Below, piece by piece: positions 12,864 through 24,944 of a stretch of 64,000 bases of DNA (position 1 is the first letter of the stretch; each line of letters opens with the position of its first letter). The DNA lies in assembly GCF_018350175.1 (NCBI RefSeq), contig NC_058383.1, positions 10,168,001-10,232,000 on the forward strand, read 5' to 3'. The notes beneath the pieces were generated by a model. That model saw only the letters and a list, made by a program, of their open reading frames with translations, ran no database searches and was not told the DNA's origin. Made by a program: the position numbers and the translations under genes. Origin of the DNA: Felis catus. Taxonomy: Eukaryota.

Positions 12864-14164
12864 TTAGATAAATAAACTTTAAAAAATATGTGCAGCTGAT
12901 TTTGCAGAAGTTACACCTCAGTAAAGTTATTTTTTTTCATGTTTATTTATTTTTGAGAGACAGAATGTGAGCAGGGGAGGGGTAGAGAGAGAGGCAGACA
13001 CAGAATCCGAAGCAGGCTCCAGGCTCTGAGCTGTCAGCCCAGAGCCCGACCCGGGGCTCAAACTCACGAACCGCGAGATCATGACCTGAGCCGAAGTCGG
13101 CCACTTAACTGACTGAGCCACCCAGGAGCCCCAGGAGCCCCAGTCTTCATGATCTTCAGTTGGGAAATGGTTTCGTCAATATGATGTCAAAGCTCAAGTA
13201 GCAGAAGAAAAAAATAGATAAATTGGACTTCATCAAAATAAAAACTCTCGTGCCTGTTGGCAGGAAATAAGCGCCCAGTGGTGTTGGGCAGGTGGACCCC
13301 TGGGTGAAGGCTTCCCACGGGGGACGCAGGAAGAAATAAATGCCCCTGCCTTCCTCAAAAATAATACAATGAAATAAAAATTAAAAAAAATTTTTTTTCA
13401 ACGTTTATTTATTTTTGGGACAGAGAGAGACAGAGCATGAACGGGCGAGGGGCAGAGAGAGAGGGAGACACAGAATCGGAAACAGGCTCCAGGCTCTGAG
13501 CTGTCAGCCCAGAGCCCGACGCGGGGCTCGAACTCACAGACCGCGAGATCGTGACCTGAGCTGAAGTCGGACGCCCAACCGACTGAGCCACCCAGGCGCC
13601 CCATATATAAAGAACTCTTACAACTGCAAAATAAAAAGGCAAATACCCAAGTAAAAAATTAGCGAAGGATCTGAAGAGACATTTCTCTAATGAAGACATA
13701 AAAGTGACCAATAGTGGGGCGCCTGGCTGGTTTAGTCAGAAGAGCACAGTGACCCTTGAACTCAGGGTTGTGAGTTTAAATCCCATGTTGGGGGTAGAAA
13801 TTTCTTAAATAAAGAAATAAGCTTTTTTATTTTATTTTATTTTATTAAAAATTTTTTTTAATGTTCATTTTTGAGAGAGAGCGAGAGGAGGAGGGGCAGA
13901 GAGAGAGAGGGAGATACAAATCCAAAGCAGGCTCTAGGCTCTGAGCTGTCAGCACAGAGCTGGACACGGGGCTCGAACCCACGAACATGAGATCACCATC
14001 TGAGCTGAAGTCAGACGCTTAACCGACTGAGCCACCCAGGCGCCCCAAGAAATAAACTTTTTAAAAAAATGACCAACAGTACATGAAAAGATGCTCAACA
14101 TTATTAGCCATCAGAGAAATGCAAATCAAAATCGTGAGATTCCACTTTACATCCACTAGGATAT

Positions 14165-14199
<35 letters not shown>

Positions 14200-15780
14200 T
14201 AAGTAGGCTTCATGCCCAGCGCGGAGCCCCACGCGGGGCCTGAACTCAGGACTCTGAGATCAAGACCTGAGTTGAGACCAAGAGTTGGAGGCTGAACCCA
14301 CTGAGCCACCCAGACGCCCCAGAAGAGTTGTGACAAGAAAAATGGATAATAACAGTATCGGTGAAGACATCAGACCCTGCCTACACCATTAGTGCAAGTG
14401 TAGGGAGGTGCAGCTGCTTTGGGAAATGGTCTGGCCTTCCCTCAGAAAGGTTAGACATGAAGTTATCATGTACCCACTCATTGGTACATAACCCAGAGGA
14501 AAAAAAAAACCCAGGTCACAAAAACACTTGTGCGAATGTTCGTAGCAGCATTATTCATAAGAGCCCAAAAGTGAAAACGACCCCAATGTTCATCGACTGA
14601 TGAATGGAGAAACAAATTGCACACCACATGTACAGTGGAATATTATTCAGCCTTAAAAAGGATGAAAATCCTGTCACGTGCTACAACATGGATGCATCTT
14701 GGAGAGATTCCGCTCGGTGAAATCAACTAGTCACGAAAGGACAAATACTGTCTGATTCCACTTGTACGAGGTTCCGAGAGTAGTCAGATTCATGGAGACA
14801 GAAAGTAGAACAGTAGGGTAGGTATCAGGATCCGACCTAAGGGGGAAATAGTATTCAATGGATATACAGTTTCAGTTTGGGAAGATCAACACGTTCTGGA
14901 GATGGATGGTTGTGATGGTCCCTGAGCAGTGTGAATGTGTTTAGTGTCACAAAGTGTGTACCTAAAAATGATTAAAATGGGGGTGCCTGGATGGCTCATT
15001 CGGTTGAGCGTAGGACTTCAGCTCAGCTCATGACCTCATGATCTCATGGTTCATGGGTTCGAGCCCCGCATCGGGCTCGCTGTTGTCAGCACAGAGCCCG
15101 CTTAGGATCCTCTGTCCTTCTCTACATCTCTGCCCTTCCCCTGCTTGTGCTCTCTGTCTCAAAAATAAAAAAAGAAAACATTAAAAAGAAAAAAGAAAAC
15201 ATGATGTGAAATGAAAGAAGTCAGCCACAAAACACCACATCTTATGGGATTCCATTAGTATGAAATGTCCGGAATTGGCAAATCTATAGAATAAGTAGAT
15301 TAGTGATTGCCTCATGCTGGGGCTGGTGGTGAGGCCAGGATTGGGGCAGGAATGGGGAGTGACTGCTAATGGGTACAAAGTTTCTTTTTGCGGTGTTGGA
15401 AATGTTCTAAAATTGTACCGAAGGTTGTACAACCCTGAATGTACCCCAAAGCACTGAATTGTAGAATTTAAATTGTTGAATTATATTGCATATGAATTAT
15501 ATCTCAATAGAGCTGTTTTTTTTTAAGGGGTAGCGATTGGATTTTTGGAGAATAATGAATTTATTTTTTTTAATGTTTACTTATCTTTAAGGGAAAGAGA
15601 GAGCTTTCTTTACTACTTTTCTACTTTAAGAGAAAGTAGAGAGAGGAGGGGACAGAGGATCTAAAGCAGGCTCTGTCCTGACAGCAGAGAGCCTGATACG
15701 CGGCTCGAACTCATGAACCATGAGACTGTGACCTGAGCCGAAGTTGGACGCTTAACCAACAGAGCCCCCCAGGCGCGCCT
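11780..15780 (+). mobile_element. Old L1 3'-end fragments (L1M-type) fragmented by many Can-SINE insertions
   Basis: L1 3' motifs (atgttcatagcagc, tgtccatcaacagatggataaac, catgaaaagatgctcaacattattagccatcagagaaatgcaaatcaaa) interleaved with SINEs at ~12420, 12687, 12925, 13391, 13716, 13850, 14190, 14979, 15560. Confidence 0.8.
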
Positions 15781-16237
15781 GGAGAATAATGAATTTAAAA
15801 ATTGAACCAGGGAGAAGATGAAGGGTCCCCTTTGTAGGGTCAGCCCCTGGACGTCCCGGGCAGATAGTAGGTGCTCCATAAATTAAAACCAAGGGAGCAT
15901 TTCCAGAAAGAGAAAACACATCGCGGCTGCTGTTTTTGGAGCACTGACCGGATGTCAGGCTTCATGCGAGACACTTACATCAAGTCACACCCTTCAACTA
16001 CCCATTTTACGGATACTATAATTGAGGCTCAAGGAATTAAGGAATTTACTCTTGGTCACACAGGAAGTAGCAGAACTCAGAAAGGGATCCAGGTCGGTCT
16101 GACTCCAAAGGTAAAGTCTAAAAATAGACCTTAAAAATTATTAATTTTATATCAAAGTTTTCAGACTTACTAAAAACATAAAGAATAATACCGTGCATAC
16201 CTGTGTACCACGACCGGCTTAAGAAATCAAACGATCA

Positions 16238-16749
16238 GGGTGCCTGGGTGGCTCAGTCGGTTAAGCGTCCAACTTCCGCTCAGGTCATGATCTCACCGTT
16301 TGTGGGTTCGAGCCCGGCATCAGGCTCTCTGCTGTCAGCACAGAGCCCACTTCAGGTCCTCTGCTCCACTCTCTCTGCCCCTCCCCTCCTTGTTCTCNNN
16401 NNNNNNNNNNNNNNNNNNNNNNNNNNNNNNNNNNNNNNNNNNNNNNNNNNNNNNNNNNNNNNNNNNNNNNNNNNNNNNNNNNNNNNNNNNNNNNNNNNNN
16501 NNNNNNNNNNNNNNNNNNNNNNNNNNNNNNNNNNNNNNNNTGCCATTGAACTTCCCTTGGTCCCTCCCTGACTGCAACCTTTTTCTGCCAGACAGCCATG
16601 CTCCAGAATTTGGTATTTATTGTTCTCATGCTTTTCCTTTGTACATATCTCCAAGCATTATGAAGTTTAATTCTGTTTGTTTCTTTTCTTTAAATTTTTT
16701 AAAATGTTTGTTCATTGTTGAGAGACAGAGAGTGAGTGGGGGAGGGGCA

Positions 16750-16800
<51 letters not shown>

Positions 16801-16927
16801 TCCAAAGCAGGCTCCAGGCTCCGAGCTGTCGGCACAGAGCCCGACACGGGGCTCGGGCCCACGAACGGTGAGATCATGACGTGAGCCGAAGTCGGACGCT
16901 TAACCGACTGAGCCACCCAGGCGCCCC
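16238..16927. mobile_element. Two Can-SINEs (16238-16397 plus, running into gap; ~16690-16927 minus, containing (CA)n 16751-16797)
   Basis: SINE heads/tails read directly. Confidence 0.85.
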
Positions 16928-17214
16928 ATACTTTTGCCTGTTTCTAAACTTTGTGTAAACAGCATTACACTTGATGAACTCTTCCCAGGTTGCCTTTTCT
17001 CAATTAGTGCTGTTTGTGGGATTCACCCAAAGGGTCGTGTGCACTATGATTTGCTCCTGTATTTGGTGTCTAGGGCAAAGGGGTGACTGTACAAAGGCTC
17101 ACCAGTTCCTTTGCCGTTCTTCTGGGGTTGGACGTCTGGGTTGTTTCCAGTTTTCCGTTCTTACAAGTTAGGGCCACCGTGAACATTCCCGTTCCCCAAA
17201 TTCCTAGGAGTTTG

Positions 17215-17697
17215 CTTTAGTTTCCTTTCGCAGCTACAACAAATTACCTAATTAGCGCCTCGAAACAACGCGATATTCTCTTACGGTTCTGGACTCACGA
17301 GTCCAAAATGGGTTTCACTGGGCTGAAGTCAAGGTGTCAGCTGGGTCATGCTCCCTCCAGAGTCTGGAGAGGAAGATGCGTTTCCTTTCCTTCTCCAGCT
17401 TCTAGAGGCTTCCATTCTGTATCTCGTGGCTTCTTCCTTCGTCTTCAAAACCAGTGACGCAGTGTCTTCAGATTCCTCTCTGACTCTGGCCCTCTGTTTC
17501 CGTTACCAGCTCCTCTAATTCTCACCCCCCCACCCCCGCCTCCCCTCTATAAGGACCTTTGTGATTACATTGGCCCACCCCCCGTCTCAAGATCCTTAAC
17601 TTAATCACATCTGCAAAGTCCCTTTTGCCTTGTGAGGTAACATATTCAGTTTCTAGGGTTTAGGCTGTGGACATCTTTGGGGGGCACTACGCTGTCC
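17215..17697 (-). mobile_element. MLT1-type (MaLR) LTR
   Basis: acaacaaattacc..aagtcaaggtgtcagc..ttaacttaatcacatctgcaaagtcccttttgcc..gtggacatctttggggggc. Confidence 0.75.
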
Positions 17698-18055
17698 AAC
17701 ATGGCAGGGACGTGATACGGGGATCTTTGAATGACGAGCTTGCCAGAATGCTCTTGGAGCCAATGATTCTCTCTCCCGCTGGCAGGACACGAGCATTCCT
17801 GTTGCTTCCCATCCTCACCAACGCTTGACGTTATCTGACGTTTTAATTTTTGTCGCCCAATGGCTATGGAATGTCTGGGGTCTGACTGCAATGTGGTCAA
17901 GAAAGAGATCGTGGTCAATGGTGGTGAATGTGAAAAAGAACAGCCCTGGCTCAGACCAGTGACTTCCAAGTGGTGAGTAGGGGGTGAGGTCAGAGTGAGT
18001 CGAGGAATTAGGAGGGTGAGGAAATGGACGCAGGGAATGAAGTGTGGAGGGGACA

Positions 18056-18435
18056 TCTTAGTCTGCTTGGGGTGTCAAAGTAAAGTGTCACAGACCAAGT
18101 GGCTTCAACAATAGACTTTTATTTCTCGTGATTCTGGAGTCTGGGAAGTCCAAGATCAAAGTAAGTACCACAGATCGGGCTTCTGGGGAGAGCCCTCTTC
18201 CTGGCTTGCTGAAGGCCACCTTCCTGCTGGGTCCTCACATGGTGGACAGAGAAAGAACTCTAGTCTCTCCTCCCCTTCTTGTAAGGACACTAATTCCATC
18301 ATGGGGACCCCAATCTCATATCCTAGTCTAAACCTAATCATCCCCAGAGGCCCCCCTCCAAATACCATCACACTGGGGGTTAGGGCTTTGACATATGAAT
18401 TTTAGGGCGGGGCACACAAGTATTCAGTCTATCAT
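18056..18435 (-). mobile_element. MLT1A/B-type (MaLR) LTR
   Basis: tcttagtctgcttgggg..ctgggaagtccaagatcaa..ctccaaataccatcacactgggggttagggct. Confidence 0.75.
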
Positions 18436-18462
18436 AAGTTACTTCAAAATATTGGGGGCGAT

Positions 18463-18641
18463 GGGGCGCCTGGGTGGCAGGGTCAGTTGAGCGTCTGACT
18501 TCGGCCCGGGTCATGATCCATGAGTTCGAGCCCTGCATCGGGCTTTGTTCTGACAGCTCAGAGCCTGGAGCCTGCTTTGGATTTTGTGTCTCCCTCTTCT
18601 CTGTCTTTCCTCCACTTGCACTCTGTCTCTATCTCTCTCTC

Positions 18642-18677
<36 letters not shown>

Positions 18678-18700
18678 ATGTTTAAAAAAAGAGAGAGAGA
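18463..18700 (+). mobile_element. Can-SINE with (AAAT)n tail
   Basis: Head ggggcgcctgggtggc; (taaa)n 18643-18679. Confidence 0.85.
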
Positions 18701-19879
18701 GAACAAAATATTGGGGGTGGTAGTGAAAGTAAGGTGCCAGTCTAAAGACAGAGATTAAAGATGTAGGAGACAGAGACAGAAAGAGAGACATAACTACTCG
18801 ATTGGATCAGGGCATCTGAGAGGAGGCAGGTGAAGGTGAGACCCATAGCAAAGGTACCTGGGTTGGCTTTGGAACCAGAGGGACTGCTCTTCCCGGAGGC
18901 AGGAGGGAAGGAAGGGCTGCCTGCCGAGCAGATGCAGAGAAAACCCAAAGAGGTGAGGCAGAAAGTGGCGGAAGCTTCTCCAGGTGACAGGCAGCAGAGT
19001 GACCTCCCCTCTCCCCCCCTCCCCTGCCGAGAGAGGTAGGAGTAAGTATGAGGGTCCGAGGAGTGTGGGGAGGGTTTAGGGGAGGCAGGAGGCGCTGCTG
19101 TGGGGCATTCAACAGAGGGACTGGTGAACAAAGGGGGGTGGGCAAGAAAGGGTGGGGAATGGAGCGGGGTAGGTGTCTCCCATCAGCTCTTACCAGCGCC
19201 TCCCAGAGTGCAGAGGTCCTGCAGCCCGGCGTAGGAGGGCCCAAAGGAGGGCCAGCTAGGGGGGTATCTAGGAGAACCACGGAAGCTTAATGGAAATGGT
19301 GGGTCCTGAGGAGGCAGGCCAGAACCAGGGAGATCATAGCCAGGAAACTGGCAGGTGTAGAGGTGCTCTTGATCATGGCCAGGACCAGGATGGAGGGACA
19401 GCAGGGATGGGACAGTGGGAGCGCAGAAGAGAGGGGCATGCGTCCCAGGCTGGGGAGGTAGAGAGGGCTTCCTGGAGGTGGTGGTGTTCCAGCTGAGTCT
19501 TGAAGGGGAAAACCAAATTCAGTTATCATTAAAATGTGGAAGAAATATTGTCGTCGTGGTCTGTCAATAAGCCTGTTCTGCCCAGCTCCATCAGTTTTCT
19601 CTCTGCTTCTCAGGTATCTCTACCATGTAGAGATATGTGCTCTGGCTGGATTGGGAGAGTCCTTGGCTTATGGGCTTCCCTTTGGTTTCATTATTTTCCC
19701 TATGAAAATAGGGAGCTTCAGAACTCCTATTCATCCCTCAAAACCCTGCTCAAACATCACCTCTTCTGGTGTCCTCTCCTTCCTCCCCGCCCCCCACCAC
19801 TGTGAGGTTTTCTGATTGTCCTGTTCCCACCTCTGTGCTTTCTTAGTGTGATGAGGTGGAATAAGCTTGCTCATTGCTG

Positions 19880-20080
19880 TTTTATTTTTTTTAATGTTCA
19901 TTTATTTATTTAGAGAGAGGGAGGGAGGGAGGGAGAGAGAGAGAGAGAGGAAGAATCCCAAGCAGGCTCCGTGCCATCAGCATAGAGCTCTAAGCAGGGC
20001 TCAAACCCATGAACCGTGAGATCATGACCTGAGTCAAAATCAGGAGGACGCTTAACCAACTGAGCCACCCAGCCGCCCCT
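19880..20080 (-). mobile_element. Can-SINE
   Basis: Reverse SINE ending ctgagccacccagccgcccc. Confidence 0.85.
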
Positions 20081-20699
20081 GCGGTTTGGTTTTAGATAAG
20101 TGACTTACTCTCTGTTTTCTGACAATGGCACTGGCCAAACCTATTCCTGAAGATAAGGTCCATGACATCCTCTGGCATCACATGGGAATCACAAAGGAAG
20201 ACATCATGTGGTTGATACCTGCCATTAAAGGAAGCTGAGAATGTGACTCTGCCTTAATCCGTGAGCTCTCTGAGGGCAGAGACCAGGCCCTCACAGAGCT
20301 TAGCCCAGTGCCCAGCACGGAGAGGCACCATGTGCTCTGTGCATACTATACTGCACAGACAGGAAGAAAGGAGAATGTCTATCATTTACCTGTAATGTGA
20401 CTTTGGGGAGATTACATCATCTGTGTGCATCTGTTTCCTCATCTCTAATATAACCATCGCTCACATTAGGTATTCACTTCCTACAGATAAGACACTCAGC
20501 ATTCACTAGCTCTAATCTTCACGTGGTGTATCGTCACCCCATTTTACAGAAGAGAAAACTGAGTCTTGGGGAGGTAAAGGACTTGCCCAAGTTAGCAACA
20601 GGGCAGAAGCTCCTGGCGCCCAGCCAAACTCAGCAAATTGTTGTGAGGATCCAAGGGAGAAATGTGAAATAGCCCTGCAAACTGTAAACGTCTGGGGTG

Positions 20700-21500
20700 G
20701 GAGAGTCCGCGCCAGGGGGAGGGGGGGATTGGGGGGGCGTGGTGAATGCCGGCCGGAGCAAGGGTGCGGGGAGAGAAGCCTCGGGTACCCGCCTGGCGGC
20801 AGGAGGATGGGTTTGCCGGGAGATCGCGGGTGCGGGAGGCGAGGCTCTGCCCCGGCAGCCCGGGGTGCGGCCCGCCCCCTCCCGCCCCCTCCCGCCCTAC
20901 CCCCAGCCCCAGCGCCGCGGCCCCTTTAAGAGCGGGCGGGGCGCCCTCTGGCGGCTGAGCGGCGCGCCTGGCCGGAGCCAGAGCCGGNNNNNNNNNNNNN
21001 NNNNNNNNNNNNNNNNNNNNNNNNNNNNNNNNNNNNNNNNNNNNNNNNNNNNNNNNNNNNNNNNNNNNNNNNNNNNNNNNNNNNNNNNNNNNNNNNNNNN
21101 NNNNNNNNNNNNNNNNNNNNNNNNNNNNNNNNNNNNNNNNNNNNNNNNNNNNNNNNNNNNNNNNNNNNNNNNNNNNNNNNNNNNNNNNNNNNNNNNNNNN
21201 NNNNNNNNNNNNNNNNNNNNNNNNNNNNNNNNNNNNNNNGGGGCGCGGGGGACGGGCCGCGGCCTGCCGGACCTACCGACCGACCAAAGGGCCGCGCGGG
21301 CCGGGCCGCGGGGCCGCGGGAACCTGGCACGTCCGAGTGGGCCCCGCGGAGTCGCCCCCGGGGGAGGGGGCGCCCGGAGCCGGCCTGGGGCGGGTGGGGC
21401 GCCGGAGACCCAGGGAGGCGCCCGTGCACCCCCGGGATGGCCGCGAGGCGTGTCCTCCAGCGGATGCTCCGGGGAGGTGTGTTCCGGGGACAGGGGGCGG
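20700..21500 (+). promoter_or_regulatory. VPS37D: CpG island / VPS37D promoter; exon 1 (about 46 codons) inferred to lie in N-gap 20988-21239
   Basis: Very GC/CpG-rich, with GC boxes and TTTAAGA at ~20924-20930 just before the gap. Exon 2 starts in phase 0 and no start-bearing exon is visible. Confidence 0.75.
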
Positions 21501-22558
21501 CTGTGTTGTGGGGGGCCCTGTCTCGCACACCCACGTTCAGTAGGGCCAAAAAGGGGAGGCGCCTTCTAGAGGGAGAACTAGGGGCCTGTTTGACACCTGG
21601 GGGGACCTCTGGGAGGGCGTCCGCATTCTAGGGGTGCAAGAGGGGGCTTTGTGTCTTCCGCTGGGGAGGGGTACTGGAAGCTGAGGCGTGTATTCCATAG
21701 GCCACCATAAGAGAAAGTTGTATATTTCACAGGAGATAGGCCCGGGCTGCTTGTCTGTGGGGGGCAGAAAGGGAAAGTGTATGTTGGAGGGAGGCAGACA
21801 GGAGGGGCATGTGCATCCTATAGGGGACAGATGGAGGGTAGTGCGTTCTCCAGGGGCAGGGAGGGGGGCTTGGCCCTCCGAGAAACAGAAGGAAAAAGCA
21901 TCCTCCAGAGCCAGGAGAGAAAGGGGGTCTGCTTTCTGCAAGAGAAGGAAAGCTGGGAGCAGGTGCTGGGGATCAGGGAGGAAAAGGGGGTGTGTATTCC
22001 TTGGGGTGTGGGGATTCCACTGGAGGGCAGAAGGAGGGGTGCGAAGGAAAGAGAGGGTGGCTTGAGGGGGGTGTCATGCAGGGACAGGGCCAAGGCATCC
22101 CTCTGGAGAGTAAAAGCAGGGGGGAGTGTTTTCGGCACAAACACCTGAGGAGGAAGCAGACAAAGGCCTGGAATAAGAGGAAAGCTGCCCATGCATGGAA
22201 AATGGGACAGAGGAGGGCGGGGGACTCCTTAGGGACCTGAGCAGACATATTAATTGAAAAATTAAAAATTAACTAACATTTGTGGAGGCGGTCATCGCTT
22301 TCCTCACTTGGTCTCACAACAACCCCACAAGGTAGATGTTTTTAGCTTACTTTGTGTGAGAGGAAACTGAGGCCCAGAGAGGGACCTCAAGGCAAAGCTC
22401 CGTCCAGGCCTCTCCCAGTCCCTCCACCTGTTAGTCCGCCACCCTGAAGGCTGGGGCGCCTTCGGCTTGGCCCTTGGGCCCTGTTCCCCCCGGGGGTGGC
22501 AGGAGGTGGACGTGGGCAGATTCCCTGAGCGGGCCTCTTGGTTCTTCTGTGCCGGCAG

Positions 22559-22730
22559 TTCCAGGGCCTGCAGCTGGAGCGCGAGGCATGCCTGGCCTCC
22601 AACCACGCGCTAGCCAAGGAGAACCTGGCATTGCGGCCCCGCCTGGAGATGGGCCGGGCTGCCCTCGCCATCAAGTACCAGGAGCTTCGAGAGGTGGCCG
22701 AGAGCTGTGCGGACAAGCTGCAGCGACTGG
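22559..22730 (+). CDS. VPS37D: VPS37D exon 2
   Basis: cag|TTCCAG...CTGG|gtgagg; 172 bp. Confidence 0.93.
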
Positions 22731-24240
22731 GTGAGGGACATCTGGGAGAACTGGCTGTGGCGGGGGGGGCAGCTGGCCATCCGGCTGGTTGGCCTTGGGG
22801 AGGTGCTAGGCTCTGAAGGGCAGGACGTGGGCAGACCTCTTCCCTGGGCGAGGCTTAGGGGTCCTCCTCCTGGAAGACTGAGTTGCGGAAGTGAGCAGTA
22901 AATGAGTAGAACTGGGGGCCCTGAGTAGGGGAAGGAAAGTGGCCTGGGGTGCTCCAGGGGACACAGCCCCTGCTTCCTCTTTTGCACTAGGACGGGGACA
23001 GAACCCTGGGAGGGGGGGAGGTTCACAAACTGATCCCATGGGCAGTGCACAGATAAGGACACTGAGGCTCCAGCGAGAGGCATAGAGTCACACACAGGGT
23101 CAGTGAGTGTCAGGATCGGGCCCTGGGGCTCTGGCCTGTCTGTCCTAGGCCATGGGTCCCGAAGGCAGGAGCTATTTACTGTGGTCCCTCTGTGGCCTTC
23201 AGAGGAGAGCATGCATCGCTGGAGCCCCCACTGCGCACTGGGCTGGCTGCAGGCAGAGCTGGAAGAAGCTGAGCAGGAAGCTGAGGTGAGGGGAGGGGCC
23301 GCTGCGCCTGGGGACAGGGCGGGAGACCCAAACTATCATCACCCCCCCCCCCTTCATTCTCACATGGTAGGGTTGAGAGCCCCTCCTCCAGGAAGCCCAC
23401 CTGGAGTGCCTGGCCCCGAGGAGAGCCCCGCTACACTGCTGTCCGCATTGGACGGCAAGGCTCATCCTCACCACCTGTGACTGTCTCAGTGTAGGACAGT
23501 GTAGACTGGGTCCCCCGAGGAGCTGGGACAGACTTCTCCAAGCTTGCCGGGTTGGGAGCGCAGTGCTGAGTTGAAGGAGGTAGGGGAGGAGGGGCCTTGG
23601 CCCTGGACTTGAGAGACACCTAAGTTTAAGTGTGTCCCCATCTCTGATTCTGCCTCGTCTTCCGCCCAGTAGGTCTGGTGACAGTGAGGAAACCAAGGCT
23701 TGAGAGTAGAGGACATGTGTCCGCTATCCCTCAGCTAGCCCCAGGCAGGCCCAGGCCACAACTCCGGTGCCTCATCTCCCAGCTGCGGGGTGGTGGCCCC
23801 TGGGAGAGATTCGGGGAGGGAGGGAGGGCGGTCTCCGGGGGTGCGCTTCTCACACGGGCTCGGCCCTCCCACCCCAGGAGCAGATGGAGCAGCTGCTGCT
23901 GGGGGAGCAGAGCCTGGAGGCCTTCCTGCCCGCCTTCCAGCGCGGCCGCGCCCTGGCCCACCTGCGGCGGACCCAGGCGGAGAAGCTGCAGGAGCTGCTG
24001 CGGCGCCGGGAGCGGTCTGCCCAGCCAGCCCCCACCGCCCCCGCGGACCCCCCCAGACCCTTCCCCGCCGCGGCCGTCCCGCCCACCGGGGCCGCCCGGG
24101 GGCCGCCGGCAGTGCCCCGGAGCCTGCCTCCCTTGGACTCCCGCCCCGTGCCCCCCCTGAAGGGCTCCCCCGGGTGCCCCCTGGGCCCGGCCCCTCTGCT
24201 GAGCCCTCGGCCCTCGCAGCCGGAGCCCCCCCACCGGTAG
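22559..24240 (+). CDS. VPS37D: VPS37D, ESCRT-I subunit (exons 2-4: 22559-22730, 23203-23285, 23878-24240)
   Basis: Spliced translation FQGLQLEREACLASNHALAKENL...EESMHRWSPHCALGWLQAELEEAEQEAE/EQMEQLLLGEQSLEAFLPAFQRGRALAHLRR...PEPPHR*: Mod(r) domain plus Pro-rich tail. All introns GT-AG with consistent phases. Confidence 0.95.
23203..23285 (+). CDS. VPS37D: VPS37D exon 3
   Basis: ttcag|AGGAG...GCTGAG|gtgagg; 83 bp. Confidence 0.93.
23878..24240 (+). CDS. VPS37D: VPS37D exon 4 (coding part)
   Basis: cccag|GAGCAG...CACCGG TAG; 120 aa + stop. Confidence 0.93.
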   Translation, partial: EQMEQLLLGEQSLEAFLPAFQRGRALAHLRRTQAEKLQELLRRRERSAQPAPTAPADPPRPFPAAAVPPTGAARGPPAVPRSLPPLDSRPVPPLKGSPGCPLGPAPLLSPRPSQPEPPHR

Positions 24241-24938
24241 GATCCGGCGTACGGCCCCCCGGTGGGGGGCCCANNNNNNNNNNNNNNNNNNNNNNNNNNN
24301 NNNNNNNNNNNNNNNNNNNNNNNNNNNNNNNNNNNNNNNNNNNNNNNNNNNNNNNNNNNNNNNNNNNNNNNNNNNNNNNNNNNNNNNNNNNNNNNNNNNN
24401 NNNNNCCGGAGAGCGGGCCGGAGGTGGGGTGGGCAGGGTGTCTCTGGCGCTGAGGAAACTCTGCCTTTTTTTCTTCCCCGGCTGGGGCCTCCCGGGTAAT
24501 GGGCCAGCCCCAGTGAAAGGACTTTCTGCCTGGGCGCCTGGAAAGGTGCCTGCTTCCCCCCCCGGGGACCCTGCCCAGGGGGCCGAAGCACCCTACCACT
24601 CCACTGGGCTGGCACAACGGGCGCCGGAGCGCCTTCCATCGCGTCCTGCTCCTACCTTTCCCCAGTTCTGGGGCCCACAGCCTAGGAGCCAGGTGGTCAG
24701 ACCCCAGCTGCGGGGCCGGGGACACCATGGCCCTGGGGCTACTCTGTGCCCCACTCATGCTCCGGTCGCTGGGGCAAGGTAGGCCAGGGGCTCCTGACCT
24801 GCACAGATGAGAGTGGGCCATCCCCAGGAAAGACCATTCTGTATTTTTCTGTCCCCGTCTCCTTAGAATGGAACCTTTTTGAGGGCAGGTCCTTGTCTTT
24901 GTATGTTCTGTCCCCAGCCCCACCTCCCAGGGGCCGTC

Positions 24939-24944
24939 AATAAA
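24939..24944 (+). terminator. VPS37D: VPS37D polyadenylation signal AATAAA
   Basis: First visible AATAAA downstream of the stop (~700 bp; a gap at 24274-24405 is unseen). Confidence 0.7.

Noticed and set aside
23731-24923. Several 300+ aa ORFs over VPS37D exon 4 and 3' UTR
   Set aside because: Shadow frames of a very GC-rich exon, artificially lengthened by the N-gap.
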